The notes under the pieces are model-generated. The model was not told where the DNA came from and made no database searches. It saw nothing but the letters and a program-made list of their open reading frames with translations. DNA of 64,000 nt, from NCBI RefSeq assembly GCF_009914755.1, contig NC_060935.1. The stretch is one strand, 5' to 3'. A program made the translations under genes and the position numbers. Shown piece after piece: positions 41,010 through 53,499 of the stretch (the stretch's first letter is position 1; every line of letters begins with the position of its first letter). This DNA is from the human T2T-CHM13v2.0 reference genome, Homo sapiens.

Positions 41010-44000
41010 AGTAAAGTAAATAACTTCATCTAAAAACCAAACGGAAGCATTCACAGACAATTCTTAGTGATCATTGGATTGAACTAACAGAGCTGAGCAT
41101 TCCCTTAGATGGCGCAGTTTCCAAACACACTTTCTGTAGAATCTGCAAGTGGATATTTGGACCTCTCTGAGGATTTCGTTGGAAAAGGGATAAACTTCCC
41201 AGAACTACACGGAAGCATTCTGAGAAACTTCTTTGTGATGTTTGCATTCAACTCACAGAGTTGAAAATTGCTTTCATAGTTCAGCTTTCAAACACTCTTT
41301 TTGTAGAATCTGCAAGTGGATATTTGGACCACTTTGTGGCCTTCCTTCGAAACGGGTATATCTTCACATCAAACCTAGACAGAAGCATTCTCAGAATGTT
41401 TCCTGTGATGACTGCATTCAACTCACAGAGGTGAACAATCCTGTTGATGGAGCAGTTTTGAAACTCTCTTTCTTTGGATTCTGCAAGTGGATATGTGGAC
41501 CTCTGTGAAGATTTCGTTGTAAACGGTTTCATCTTCACAGAAAAACTAAACAGAAGCATTCTCAGAAACTGCTTTGTGATGTTTGTGTTCCACTTCAAGA
41601 ATTGAACTTTCCTCTTGACAGAGCAGCTCTGAAACCCTCTTTTTCTAGAATCTGCAAGTGGACATTTGGAGGGCTTTGAGGCCTGTGGTGGAAAAGGAAA
41701 ATCTTCACATAAAAACTAGATGGAAGCATTCTCAGAAACTACTTTGTGATGATTGCATTCGACTCACAGAGTTGAACATTCCTATAGATAGAGCAGGTTG
41801 TAAACAATCTTTTTGTACAATCTGCGATTGGAGATTTGGACTGCTTTGAGGCCTACTGTAGTAAAGGAAATAACTTCATCTAAAAACCAAACGGAAGCAT
41901 TCACAGACAATTCTTAGTGATCATTGGATTGAACTAACAGAGCTGAACATTCCTTTAGATGGAGCAGTTTCCAAACACACTTTCTGTAGAATCTGCAAGT
42001 GGATATTTGGACTTCTCTGAGGATTTCGTTGGAAATGGTATAAACTTCCCAAAAATACACGGAAGCATTGTGAGAAACTTCTTTGTGATGTTTGCATTCA
42101 ACTCACAGAGTTGAACCTTGCTTTCTTAGTTCAGCTTTCAAACACTCTTTTTGTAGAATCTGCAAGTGGATATTTGGACCACTTTGTGGCCTTCCTTCGA
42201 AACGGGTATATCTTCACATCAAACCTAGACAGAAGCATTCTCAGGATGTTTCCTGTGATGACTGCATTCAACTCACAGAGGTGAACAATCCTGCTGATGG
42301 AGCAGTTTTGAAACTCTCTTTCTTTGGATTCTGCAAGTGGATATGTGGACCTCTGTGAAGATTTCGTTGGAAACGGGTTCATCTTCACAGAAAAGCTAAA
42401 CAGAAGCATTCTCAGAAACTGCTTTGTGATGTTTGTGTTCCACTTCAGGAATTGAACTTTCCTCTTGACAGAGCAGCTCTGAAACCCTCTTTTTCTGGAA
42501 TCTGCAAGTGGACATTTGGAGGGCTTTGAGGCCTGTGGTGGAAAAGGAAAATCTTCACATAAAAACTAGATGGAAGCATTCTCAGAAACTACTTTGTGAT
42601 GATTGCATTCGACCCACAGAGTTGAACATTCCTATAGATAGAGCAGGTTGTAAACAATCTTTTTGTAGAATCTGCGATTGGAGATTTGGACTGCTTTGAG
42701 GACTACTGTAGTAAAGTAAATAACTTCATCTAAAAACCAAACGGAAGCATTCACAGACAATTCTTAGTGATCATTGGATTGAACTAACAGAGCTGAACAT
42801 TCCCTTAGATGGCGCAGTTTCCAAACACACTTTCTGTAGAATCTGCAAGTGGATATTTGGACCTCTGTGAGGATTTCGTTGGAAACGGGATAAACTTCCC
42901 AGAACTACACGGAAGCATTCTGAGAAACTTCTTTGTGATGTTTGCATTCAACTCACAGAGTTGAACCTTGCTTTCATAGTTCAGCTTTCAAACACTCTTT
43001 TTGTAGAATCTGCAAGTGGATATTTGGACCACTTTGTGGCCTTCCTTCGAAACGGGTATATCTTCACATCAAACCTAGACAGAAGCATTCTCAGAATGTT
43101 TCCTGTGATGACTGCATTCAACTCACAGAGGGGAACAATCCTGTTGATGGAGCAGTTTTGAAACTCTCTTTCTTTGGATTCTGCAAGTGGATATATGGAC
43201 CTCTGTGAAGATTTCGTTGGAAACGGTTTCATCTTCACAGAAAAACTAAACAGAAGCATTCTCAGAAACTGCTTTGTGATGTTTGTGTTCCACTTCAAGA
43301 ATTGAACTTTCCTCTTGACAGAGCAGCTCTGAAACCCTCTTTTTCCAGAATCTGCAAGTGGACATTTGGAGGGCTTTGAGGCCTGTGGTGGAAAAGGAAA
43401 ATCTTCACATAAAAACTAGATGGAAGCATTCTCAGAAACTACTTTGTGATGATTGCATTCGACTCAGAGAGTTGAACATTCCTATAGATAGAGCAGGTTG
43501 TAAACAATCTTTTTGTAGAATCTGCGATTGGAGATTTGGACTGCTTTGAGGCCTACTGTAGTAAAGGAAATAACTTCATCTAAAAACCAAACGGAAGCAT
43601 TCACAGACAATTCTTAGTGATCATTGCATTGAACTAACAGAGCTGAACATTCCTTTAGATGGAGCAGTTTCCAAACACACTTTCTGTAGAATCTGCAAGT
43701 GGATATTTGGACCTCTCTGAGGATTTCGTTGGAAACGGGATATACTTCCCAGAACTACACGGAAGTATTCTGAGAAACTTCTTTGTGATGGTTGCATTCA
43801 ACTCACAGAGTTGAACCTTGCTTTCATAGTTCAGCTTTCAAACACTCTTTTTGTAGAATCTGCAAGTGGATATTTGGACCACTTTGTGGCCTTCCTTCGA
43901 AACGGGTATATCTTCACATCAAACCTTGACACAAGCATTCTCAGAATGTTTCCTGTGATGACTGCATTCAACTCACAGAGGTGAACAATCCTGCTGATGC

Positions 44001-44950
44001 AGCAGTTTTGAAACTCTGTGTCTTTGAATTCTGCAAGTGGATATGTGGACCTCTGTGAAGATTTCGTTGGAAACGGGTTCATCTTCACAGAAAAACTAAA
44101 CAGGAGCATTCTCAGAAACTGCTTTGTGATGTTTGTGTTCCACTTCAGGAATTGAACTTTCCTCTTGACAGAGCAGCTGTGAAACCCTCTTTTTCTACAA
44201 TCTGCAAGTGAACATTTGGAGGGCTTTGAGGCCTGTGGTGGAAAAGGAAAATCTTCACATAAAAACTAGATGGAAGCATTCTCAGAAACTACTTTGTGAT
44301 GATTGCATTCGACTCACAGAGTTGAACATTCCTATAGATAGAGCAGGTTGTAAACAATCTTTTTGTAGAATCTGCGATTGGAGATTTGGAATGCTTTGAG
44401 GCCTACTGTAGTAAAGGAAATAACTTCATCTAAAAACCAAACGGAAGCATTCACAGACAATTCTTAGTGATCATTGCATTGAACTAACAGAGCTGAACAT
44501 TCCTTTAGATGGAGCAGTTTCCAAACACACTTTCTGTAGAATCTGCAAGTGGATATTTGGACCTCTCTGAGGATTTCATTGGAAACGGGATAAACTTCCC
44601 AGAACTACACGGAAGCATTCTGAGAAACTTCTTTGGATGTTTGCATTCAACTCACAGAGTTGAACCTTGCTTTCATAGTTCAGCTTTCAAACACTCTTTT
44701 TGTAGAATCTGCAAGTGGATATTTGAACCACTTTGTGGCCTTCCTTCGAAACGGGTATATCTTCACATCAAACCTAGACAGAAGCATTCTCAGAATGTTT
44801 CCTGTGATGACTGCATTCAACTCACAGAGGTGAACAATCCTGCTGATGGAGCAGTTTTGAAACTCTCTTTCTTTGGATTCTGCAAGTGGATATGTGGACC
44901 TCTGTGAAGATTTCGTTGGAAACGGGTTCATCTTCACAGAAAAACTAAAC
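41010..44950 (+). repeat. Block of about 4.6 HORs, copy 2 (offset 9347 bp = 11 HORs)
   Basis: Shares gctgagcattccc, ttgtaaacggtt, tgtacaatctg, cccaaaaatac, ctgtgtctttgaattc, ctacaatctgcaagtgaac, tttcattggaa and tttgaaccac with copy 1. Confidence 0.88.
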
Positions 44951-47900
44951 AGGAGCATTCTCAGAAACTGCTTTGTGATGTTTGCGTTCCACTTCAAGAA
45001 TTGAACTTTCCTCTTGACAGAGCAGCTCTGAAACCCTCTTTTTCTAGAATCTGCAAGTGGACATTTGGAGGGCTTTGAGGCCTGTGGTGGAAAAGGAAAA
45101 TCTTCACATAAAAACTAGATGGAAGCATTCTCAGAAACTACTCTGTGATGATTGCATTCGACTCACAGAGTTGAACATTCGTATAGATAGAGCAGGTTGT
45201 AAACAATCTTTTTGTAGAATCTGCGATTGGAGATTTGGACTGCTTTGGGGCCTACTGTAGTAAAGGAAATAACTTCATCTAAAAACCAAACGGAAGCATT
45301 CACAGACAATGCTTAGTGATCATTGGATTGAACTAACAGAGCTGAACATTCCTTTAGATGGAGCAGTTTCCAAACACACTTTCTGTAGAATCTGCAAGTG
45401 GATATTTGGACCTCTCTGAGGATTTCGTTGGAAACGGGATATACTTCCCAGAACTACACGGAAGTATTCTGAGAAACTTCTTTGTGATGGTTGCATTCAA
45501 CTCACAGAGTTGAACCTTGCTTTCATAGTTCAGCTTTCAAACACTCTTTTTGTAGAATCTGCAAGTGGATATTTGGACCACTTTGTGGCCTTCCTTCGAA
45601 ACGGGTATATCTTCACATCAAACCTTGACAGAAGCATTCTCAGAATGTTTCCTGTGATGACTGCATTCAACTCACAGAGGTGAACAATCCTGCTGATGGA
45701 GCAGTTTTGAAACTCTCTTTCTTTGGATTCTGCAAGTGGATATGTGGACCTCTGTGAAGATTTCGTTGGAAACGGGTTCATCTTCACAGAAAAGCTAAAC
45801 AGAAGCATTCTCAGAAACTGCTTTGTGATGTTTGTGTTCCACTTCAGGAATTGAACTTTCCTCTTGACAGAGCAGCTCTGAAACCCTCTTTTTCTGGAAT
45901 CTGCAAGTGGACATTTGGAGGGCTTTGAGGCCTGTGGTGGAAAAGGAAAATCTTCACATAAAAACTAGATGGAAGCATTCTCAGAAACTACTTTGTGATG
46001 TTTGCATTCGATCCACAGAGTTGAACATTCCTATAGATAGAGCAGGTTGTAAACAATCTTTTTGTAGAATCTGCGATTGGAGATTTGGACTGCTTTGAGG
46101 CCTACTGTAGTAAAGTAAATAACTTCATCTAAAAACCAAACGGAAGCATTCACAGACAATTCTTAGTGATCATTGGATTGAACTAACAGAGCTGAACATT
46201 CCCTTAGATGGCGCAGTTTCCAAACACACTTTCTGTAGAATCTGCAAGTGGATATTTGGACCTCTCTGAGGATTTCGTTGGAAACGGGATAAACTTCCCA
46301 GAACTACACGGAAGCATTCTGAGAAACTTCTTTGTGATGTTTGCATTCAACTCACAGAGTTGAACCTTGCTTTCATAGTTCAGCTTTCAAACACTCTTTT
46401 TGTAGAATCTGCAAGTGGATATTTGGACCACTTTGTGGCCTTCCTTCGAAACGGGTATATCTTCACATCAAACCTAGACAGAAGCATTCTCAGAATGTTT
46501 CCTGTGATGACTGCATTCAACTCACAGAACGGAACAATCCTGTTGATGGAGCAGTTTTGAAACTCTCTTTCTTTGGATTCTGCAAGTGGATATATGGACC
46601 TCTGTGAAGATTTCGTTGGAAACGGTTTCATCTTCACAGAAAAACTAAACAGAAGCATTCTCAGAAACTGCTTTGTGATGTTTGTGTTCCACTTCAAGAA
46701 TTGAACTTTCCTCTTGATAGAGCAGCTCTGAAACCCTCTTTTTCCAGAATCTGCAAGTGGACATTTGGAGGGCTTTGAGGCCTGTGGTGGAAAAGGAAAA
46801 TCTTCACATAAAAACTAGATGGAAGCATTCTCAGAAACTACTTTGTGATGATTGCATTCGACTCAGAGAGTTGAACATTCCTATAGATAGAGCAGGTTGT
46901 AAACACTCTTTTTGTAGAATCTGCGATTGGAGATTTGGACTGCTTTGAGGCCTACTGTAGTAAAGGAAATAACTTCATCTAAAAACCAAACGAAAGCATT
47001 CACAGACAATTCTTAGTGATCATTGCATTGAACTAACAGAGCTGAACATTCCTTTAGATGGAGCAGTTTCCAAACACACTTTCTGTAGAATCTGCAAGTG
47101 GATATTTGGACTTCTCTGAGGATTTCGTTGGAAATGGTATAAACTTCCCAGAAATACACGGAAGCATTGTCAGAAACTTCTTTGTGATGTTTGCATTCAA
47201 CTCACAGAGTTGAACCTTGCTTTCTTAGTTCAGCTTTCAAACACTCTTTTTGTAGAATCTGCAAGTGGATATTTGGACCACTTTGTGGCCTTCCTTCGAA
47301 ACGGGTATATCTTCACATCAAACCTAGACAGAAGCATTCTCAGGATGTTTCCTGTGATGACTGCATTCAACTCACAGAGGTGAACAATCCTGCTGATGGA
47401 GCAGTTTTGAAACTCTCTTTCTTTGGATTCTGCAACTGGATATGTGGACCTCTGTGAAGATTTCGTTGGAAACGGGTTCATCTTCACAGAAAAACTAAAC
47501 AGAAGCCTTCTCAGAAACTGCTTTGTGATGTTTTTGTTCCACTTCAGGAATTGAACTTTCCTCTTGACAGAGCAGCTCTGAAGCCCTCTTATTCTAGAAT
47601 CTGCAAGTGGACATTTGGAGAGCTTTGAGGCCTGGGGTTGAAAAGGATAATCTTCACATAAAAACTAGATGGAAGCATTCTCAGAAACTACTTTGTGATG
47701 ATTGCATTCGACTCACAGAGTTGAACATTCCTATAGATAGAGCAGGTTGTAAGCAATCTTTTTGTAGAATCTGCGATTGGAGATTTGGAATGCTTTGAGG
47801 CCTACTGTAGTAAAGGAAATAACTTCATCTAAAAACCAAACGGAAGCATTCACAGACAATGCTTAGTGATCATTGGATTGAACTAACAGAGCTGAACATT

Positions 47901-49599
47901 CCTTTAGATGGAGCAGTTTCCAAACACACTTTCTGTAGAATCTGCAAGTGGATATTTGGACCTCTCTGAGGATTTCGTTGGAAACGGGATATACTTCCCA
48001 GAACTACACGGAAGTATTCTGAGAAACTTCTTTGTGATGTTTGCATTCAACTCACAGAGTTGAACCTTGCTTTCATAGTTCAGCTTTCAAACACTCTTTT
48101 TGTAGAATCTGCAAGTGGATATTTGGACCACTTTGTGGCCTTCCTTCGAAACGGGTATATCTTCACATCAAACCTTGACAGAAGCATTCTCAGAATGTTT
48201 CCTGTGATGACTGCATTCAACTCACAGAGGTGAACAATCCTGCTGATGGAGCAGTTTTGAAACTCTCTTTCTTTGGATTCTGCAAGTGGATATGTGGACC
48301 TCTGTGAAGATTTCGTTGGAAACGGGTTCATCTTCACAGAAAAGCTAAACAGAAGCATTCTCAGAAACTGCTTTGTGATGTTTGTGTTCCACTTCAGGAA
48401 TTGAACTTTCCTCTTGACAGAGCAGCTCTGAAACCCTCTTTTTCTGGAATCTGCAAGTGGACATTTGGAGGGCTTTGAGGCCTGTGGTGGAAAAGGAAAA
48501 TCTTCACATAAAAACTAGATGGAAGCATTCTCAGAAACTACTTTGTGATGATTGCATTCGACCCACAGAGTTGAACATTCCTATAGATAGAGCAGGTTGT
48601 AAACAATCTTTTTGTAGAATCTGCGATTGGAGATTTGGACTGCTTTGAGGCCTACTGTAGTAAAGTAAATAACTTCATCTAAAAACCAAACGGAAGCATT
48701 CACAGACAATTCTTAGTGATCATTGGATTGAACTAACAGAGCTGAACATTCCCTTAGATGGCGCAGTTTCCAAACACACTTTCTGTAGAATCTGCAAGTG
48801 GATATTTGGACCTCTGTGAGGATTTCGTTGGAAACGGGATAAACTTCCCAGAACTACACGGAAGCATTCTGAGAAACTTCTTTGTGATGTTTGCATTCAA
48901 CTCACAGAGTTGAACCTTGCTTTCATAGTTCAGCTTTCAAACACTCTTTTTGTAGAATCTGCAAGTGGATATTTGGACCACTTTGTGGCCTTCCTTCGAA
49001 ACGGGTATATCTTCACATCAAACCTAGACAGAAGCATTCTCAGAATGTTTCCTGTGATGACTGCATTCAACTCACAGAGGGGAACAATCCTGTTGATGGA
49101 GCAGTTTTGAAACTCTCTTTCTTTGGATTCTGCAAGTGGATATATGGACCTCTGTGAAGATTTCGTTGGAAACGGTTTCATCTTCACAGAAAAACTAAAC
49201 AGAAGCATTCTCAGAAACTGCTTTGTGATGTTTGTGTTCCACTTCAAGAATTGAACTTTCCTCTTGATAGAGCAGCTCTGAAACCCTCTTTTTCCAGAAT
49301 CTGCAAGTGGACATTTGGAGGGCTTTGAGGCCTGTGGTGGAAAAGGAAAATCTTCACATAAAAACTAGATGGAAGCATTCTCAGAAACTACTTTGTGATG
49401 ATTGCATTCGACTCAGAGAGTTGAACATTCCTATAGATAGAGCAGGTTGTAAACAATCTTTTTGTAGAATCTGCGATTGGAGATTTGGACTGCTTTGAGG
49501 CCTACTGTAGTAAAGGAAATAACTTCATCTAAAAACCAAACGGAAGCATTCACAGACAATTCTTAGTGATCATTGCATTGAACTAACAGAGCTGAACAT

Positions 49600-52500
49600 T
49601 CCTTTAGATGGAGCAGTTTCCAAACACACTTTCTGTAGAATCTGCAAGTGGATATTTGGACTTCTCTGAGGATTTCGTTGGAAATGGTATAAACTTCCCA
49701 GAAATACACGGAAGCATTGTCAGAAACTTCTTTGTGATGTTTGCATTCAACTCACAGAGTTGAACCTTGCTTTCTTAGTTCAGCTTTCAAACACTCTTTT
49801 TGTAGAATCTGCAAGTGGATATTTGGACCACTTTGTGGCCTTCCTTCGAAACGGGTATATCTTCACATCAAACCTAGACAGAAGCATTCTCAGGATGTTT
49901 CCTGTGATGACTGCATTCAACTCACAGAGGTGAACAATCCTGCTGATGGAGCAGTTTTGAAACTCTCTTTCTTTGGATTCTGCAAGTGGATATGTGGACC
50001 TCTGTGAAGATTTCGTTGGAAACGGGTTCATCTTCACAGAAAAACTAAACAGAAGCATTCTCAGAAACTGCTTTGTGATGATTTTGTTCCACTTCAGGAA
50101 TTGAACTTTCCTCTTGACAGAGCAGCTCTGAAGCCCTCTAATTCTAGAATCTGCAAGTGGACATTTGGAGGGCTTTGAGGCCCGGGGTTGAAAAGGATAA
50201 TCTTCACATAAAAACTAGATGGAAGCATTCTCAGAAACTACTTTGTGATGATTGCATTCGACTCACAGAGTTGAACATTCGTATAGATAGAGCAGGTTGT
50301 AAACAATCTTTTTGTAGAATCTGCGATTGGAGATTTGGACTGCTTTGAGGCCTACTGTAGTAAAAGAAATAACTTCATCTAAAAACCAAACGGAAGCATT
50401 CACAGACAATTCTTAGTGATCATTGGATTGAACTAACAGAGCTGAACATTCCTTTAGATGGAGCTGTTTCCAAACACACTTTCTGTAGAATCTGCAAGTG
50501 GATATTTGGACCTCTCTGAGGATTTCGTTGGAAACGGGATATACTTCCCAGAACTACACGGAAGTATTCTGAGAAACTTCTTTGTGATGGTTGCATTCAA
50601 CTCACAGAGTTGAACCTTGCTTTCATAGTTCAGCTTTCAAACACTCTTTTTGTAGAATCTGCAAGTGGATATTTGGACCACTTTGTGGCCTTCCTTGGAA
50701 ACGGGTATATCTTCACATCAAACCTTGACAGAAGCATTCTCAGAATGTTTCCTGTGATGACTGCATTCAACTCACAGAGGTGAACAATCCTGCTGATGGA
50801 GCAGTTTTGAAACTCTCTTTCTTTGGATTCTGCAAGTGGATATGTGGACCTCTGTGAAGATTTCGTTGGAAACGGGTTCATCTTCACAGAAAAACTAAAC
50901 AGGAGCATTCTCAGAAACTGCTTTGTGATGTTTGTGTTCCACTTCAAGAATTGAACTTTCCTCTTGACAGAGCAGCTCTGAAACCCTCTTTTTCTAGAAT
51001 CTGCAAGTGGACATTTGGAGGGCTTTGAGGCCTGTGGTGGAAAAGGAAAATCTTCACATAAAAACTAGATGGAAGCATTCTCAGAAACTACTTTGTGATG
51101 ATTGCATTCGACTCACAGAGTTGAACATTCCTATAGATAGAGCAGGTTGTAAACAATCTTTTTGTAGAATCTGCGATTGGAGATTTGGACTGCTTTGAGG
51201 CCTACTGTAGTAAAGGAAATAACTTCATCTAAAAACCAAACGGAAGCATTCACAGACAATTCTTAGTGATCATTGCACTGAACTAACAGAGCTGGACATT
51301 CCTTTAGATGGAGCAGTTTCCAAACACACTTTCTGTAGAATCTGCAAGTGGATATTTGGACTTCTCTGAGGATTTCGTTGGAAATGGTATAAACTTCCCA
51401 GAAATACACGGAAGCATTGTCAGAAACTTCTTTGTGATGTTTGCATTCAACTCACAGAGTTGAACCTTGCTTTCTTAGTTCAGCTTTCAAACACTCTTTT
51501 TGTAGAATCTGCAAGTGGATATTTGGACCACTTTGTGGCCTTCCTTCGAAACGGGTATATCTTCACATCAAACCTAGACAGAAGCATTCTTAGGATGTTT
51601 CCTGTGATGACTGCATTCAACTCACAGAGGTGAACAATCCTGCTGATGGAGCAGTTTTGAAACTCTCTTTCTTTGGATTCTGCAAGTGGATATGTGGACC
51701 TCTGTGAAGATTTCGTTGGAAACGGGTTCATCTTCACAGAAAAACTAAACAGAAGCATTCTCAGAAACTGCTTTGTGATGATTTTGTTCCACTTCAGGAA
51801 TTGAACTTTCCTCTTGACAGAGCAGCTCTGAAGCCCTCTAATTCTAGAATCTGCAAGTGGACATTTGGAGGGCTTTGAGGCCCGGGGTTGAAAAGGATAA
51901 TCTTCACATAAAAACTAGATGGAAGCATTCTCAGAAACTACTTTGTGATGATTGCATTCGACTCACAGAGTTGAACATTCCTATAGATAGAGCAGGTTGT
52001 AAACAATCTTTTTGTAGAATCTGCGATTGGAGATTTGGACTGCTTTGAGGCCTACTGTAGTAAAAGAAATAACTTCATCTAAAAACCAAACGGAAGCATT
52101 CACAGACAATTCTTAGTGATCATTGGATTGAACTAACAGAGCTGAACATTCCTTTAGATGGAGCTGTTTCCAAACACACTTTCTGTAGAATCTGCAAGTG
52201 GATATTTGGACCTCTCTGAGGATTTCGTTGGAAACGGGATATACTTCCCAGAACTACACGGAAGTATTCTGAGAAACTTCTTTGTGATGGTTGCATTCAA
52301 CTCACAGAGTTGAACCTTGCTTTCATAGTTCAGCTTTCAAACACTCTTTTTGTAGAATCTGCAAGTGGATATTTGGACCACTTTGTGGCCTTCCTTGGAA
52401 ACGGGTATATCTTCACATCAAACCTTGACAGAAGCATTCTCAGAATGTTTCCTGTGATGACTGCATTCAACTCACAGAGGTGAACAATCCTGCTGATGGA

Positions 52501-53060
52501 GCAGTTTTGAAACTCTCTTTCTTTGGATTCTGCAAGTGGATATGTGGACCTCTGTGAAGATTTCGTTGGAAACGGGTTCATCTTCACAGAAAAACTAAAC
52601 AGGAGCATTCTCAGAAACTGCTTTGTGATGTTTGTGTTCCACTTCAAGAATTGAACTTTCCTCTTGACAGAGCAGCTCTGAAACCCTCTTTTTCTAGAAT
52701 CTGCAAGTGGACATTTGGAGGGCTTTGAGGCCTGTGGTGGAAAAGGAAAATCTTCACATAAAAACTAGATGGAAGCATTCTCAGAAACTACTTTGTGATG
52801 ATTGCATTCGACTCACAGAGTTGAACATTCCTATAGATAGAGCAGGTTGTAAACAATCTTTTTGTAGAATCTGCGATTGGAGATTTGGACTGCTTTGAGG
52901 CCTACTGTAGTAAAGGAAATAACTTCATCTAAAAACCAAACGGAAGCATTCACAGACAATTCTTAGTGATCATTGCACTGAACTAACAGAGCTGGACATT
53001 CCTTTAGATGGAGCAGTTTCCAAACACACTTTCTGTAGAATCTGCAAGTGGATATTTGGA
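49600..53060 (+). repeat. Tandem duplication of a 2-HOR block (period 1700 bp)
   Basis: attttgttcc 50081/51781, cccggggttg 50181/51881, ttccttggaa 50691/52391, cattgcactg 51271/52971, gctggacatt 51291/52991. Confidence 0.88.
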
Positions 53061-53499
53061 CCTCTCTGAGGATTTCGTTGGAAACGGGATATACTTCCCA
53101 GAACTACACGGAAGTATTCTGAGAAACTTCTTTGTGATGTTTGCATTCAACTCACAGAGTTGAACCTTGCTTTCATAGTTCAGCTTTCAAACACTCTTTT
53201 TGTAGAATCTGCAAGTGGATATTTGGACCACTTTGTGGCCTTCCTTCGAAACGGGTATATCTTCACATCAAACCTTGACAGAAGCATTCTCAGAATGTTT
53301 CCTGTGATGACTGCATTCAACTCACAGAGGTGAACAATCCTGCTGATGGAGCAGTTTTGAAACTCTCTTTCTTTGGATTCTGCAAGTGGATATGTGGACC
53401 TCTGTGAAGATTTCGTTGGAAACGGGTTCATCTTCACAGAAAAGCTAAACAGAAGCATTCTCAGAAACTGCTTTGTGATGTTTGTGTTCCACTTCAGGA

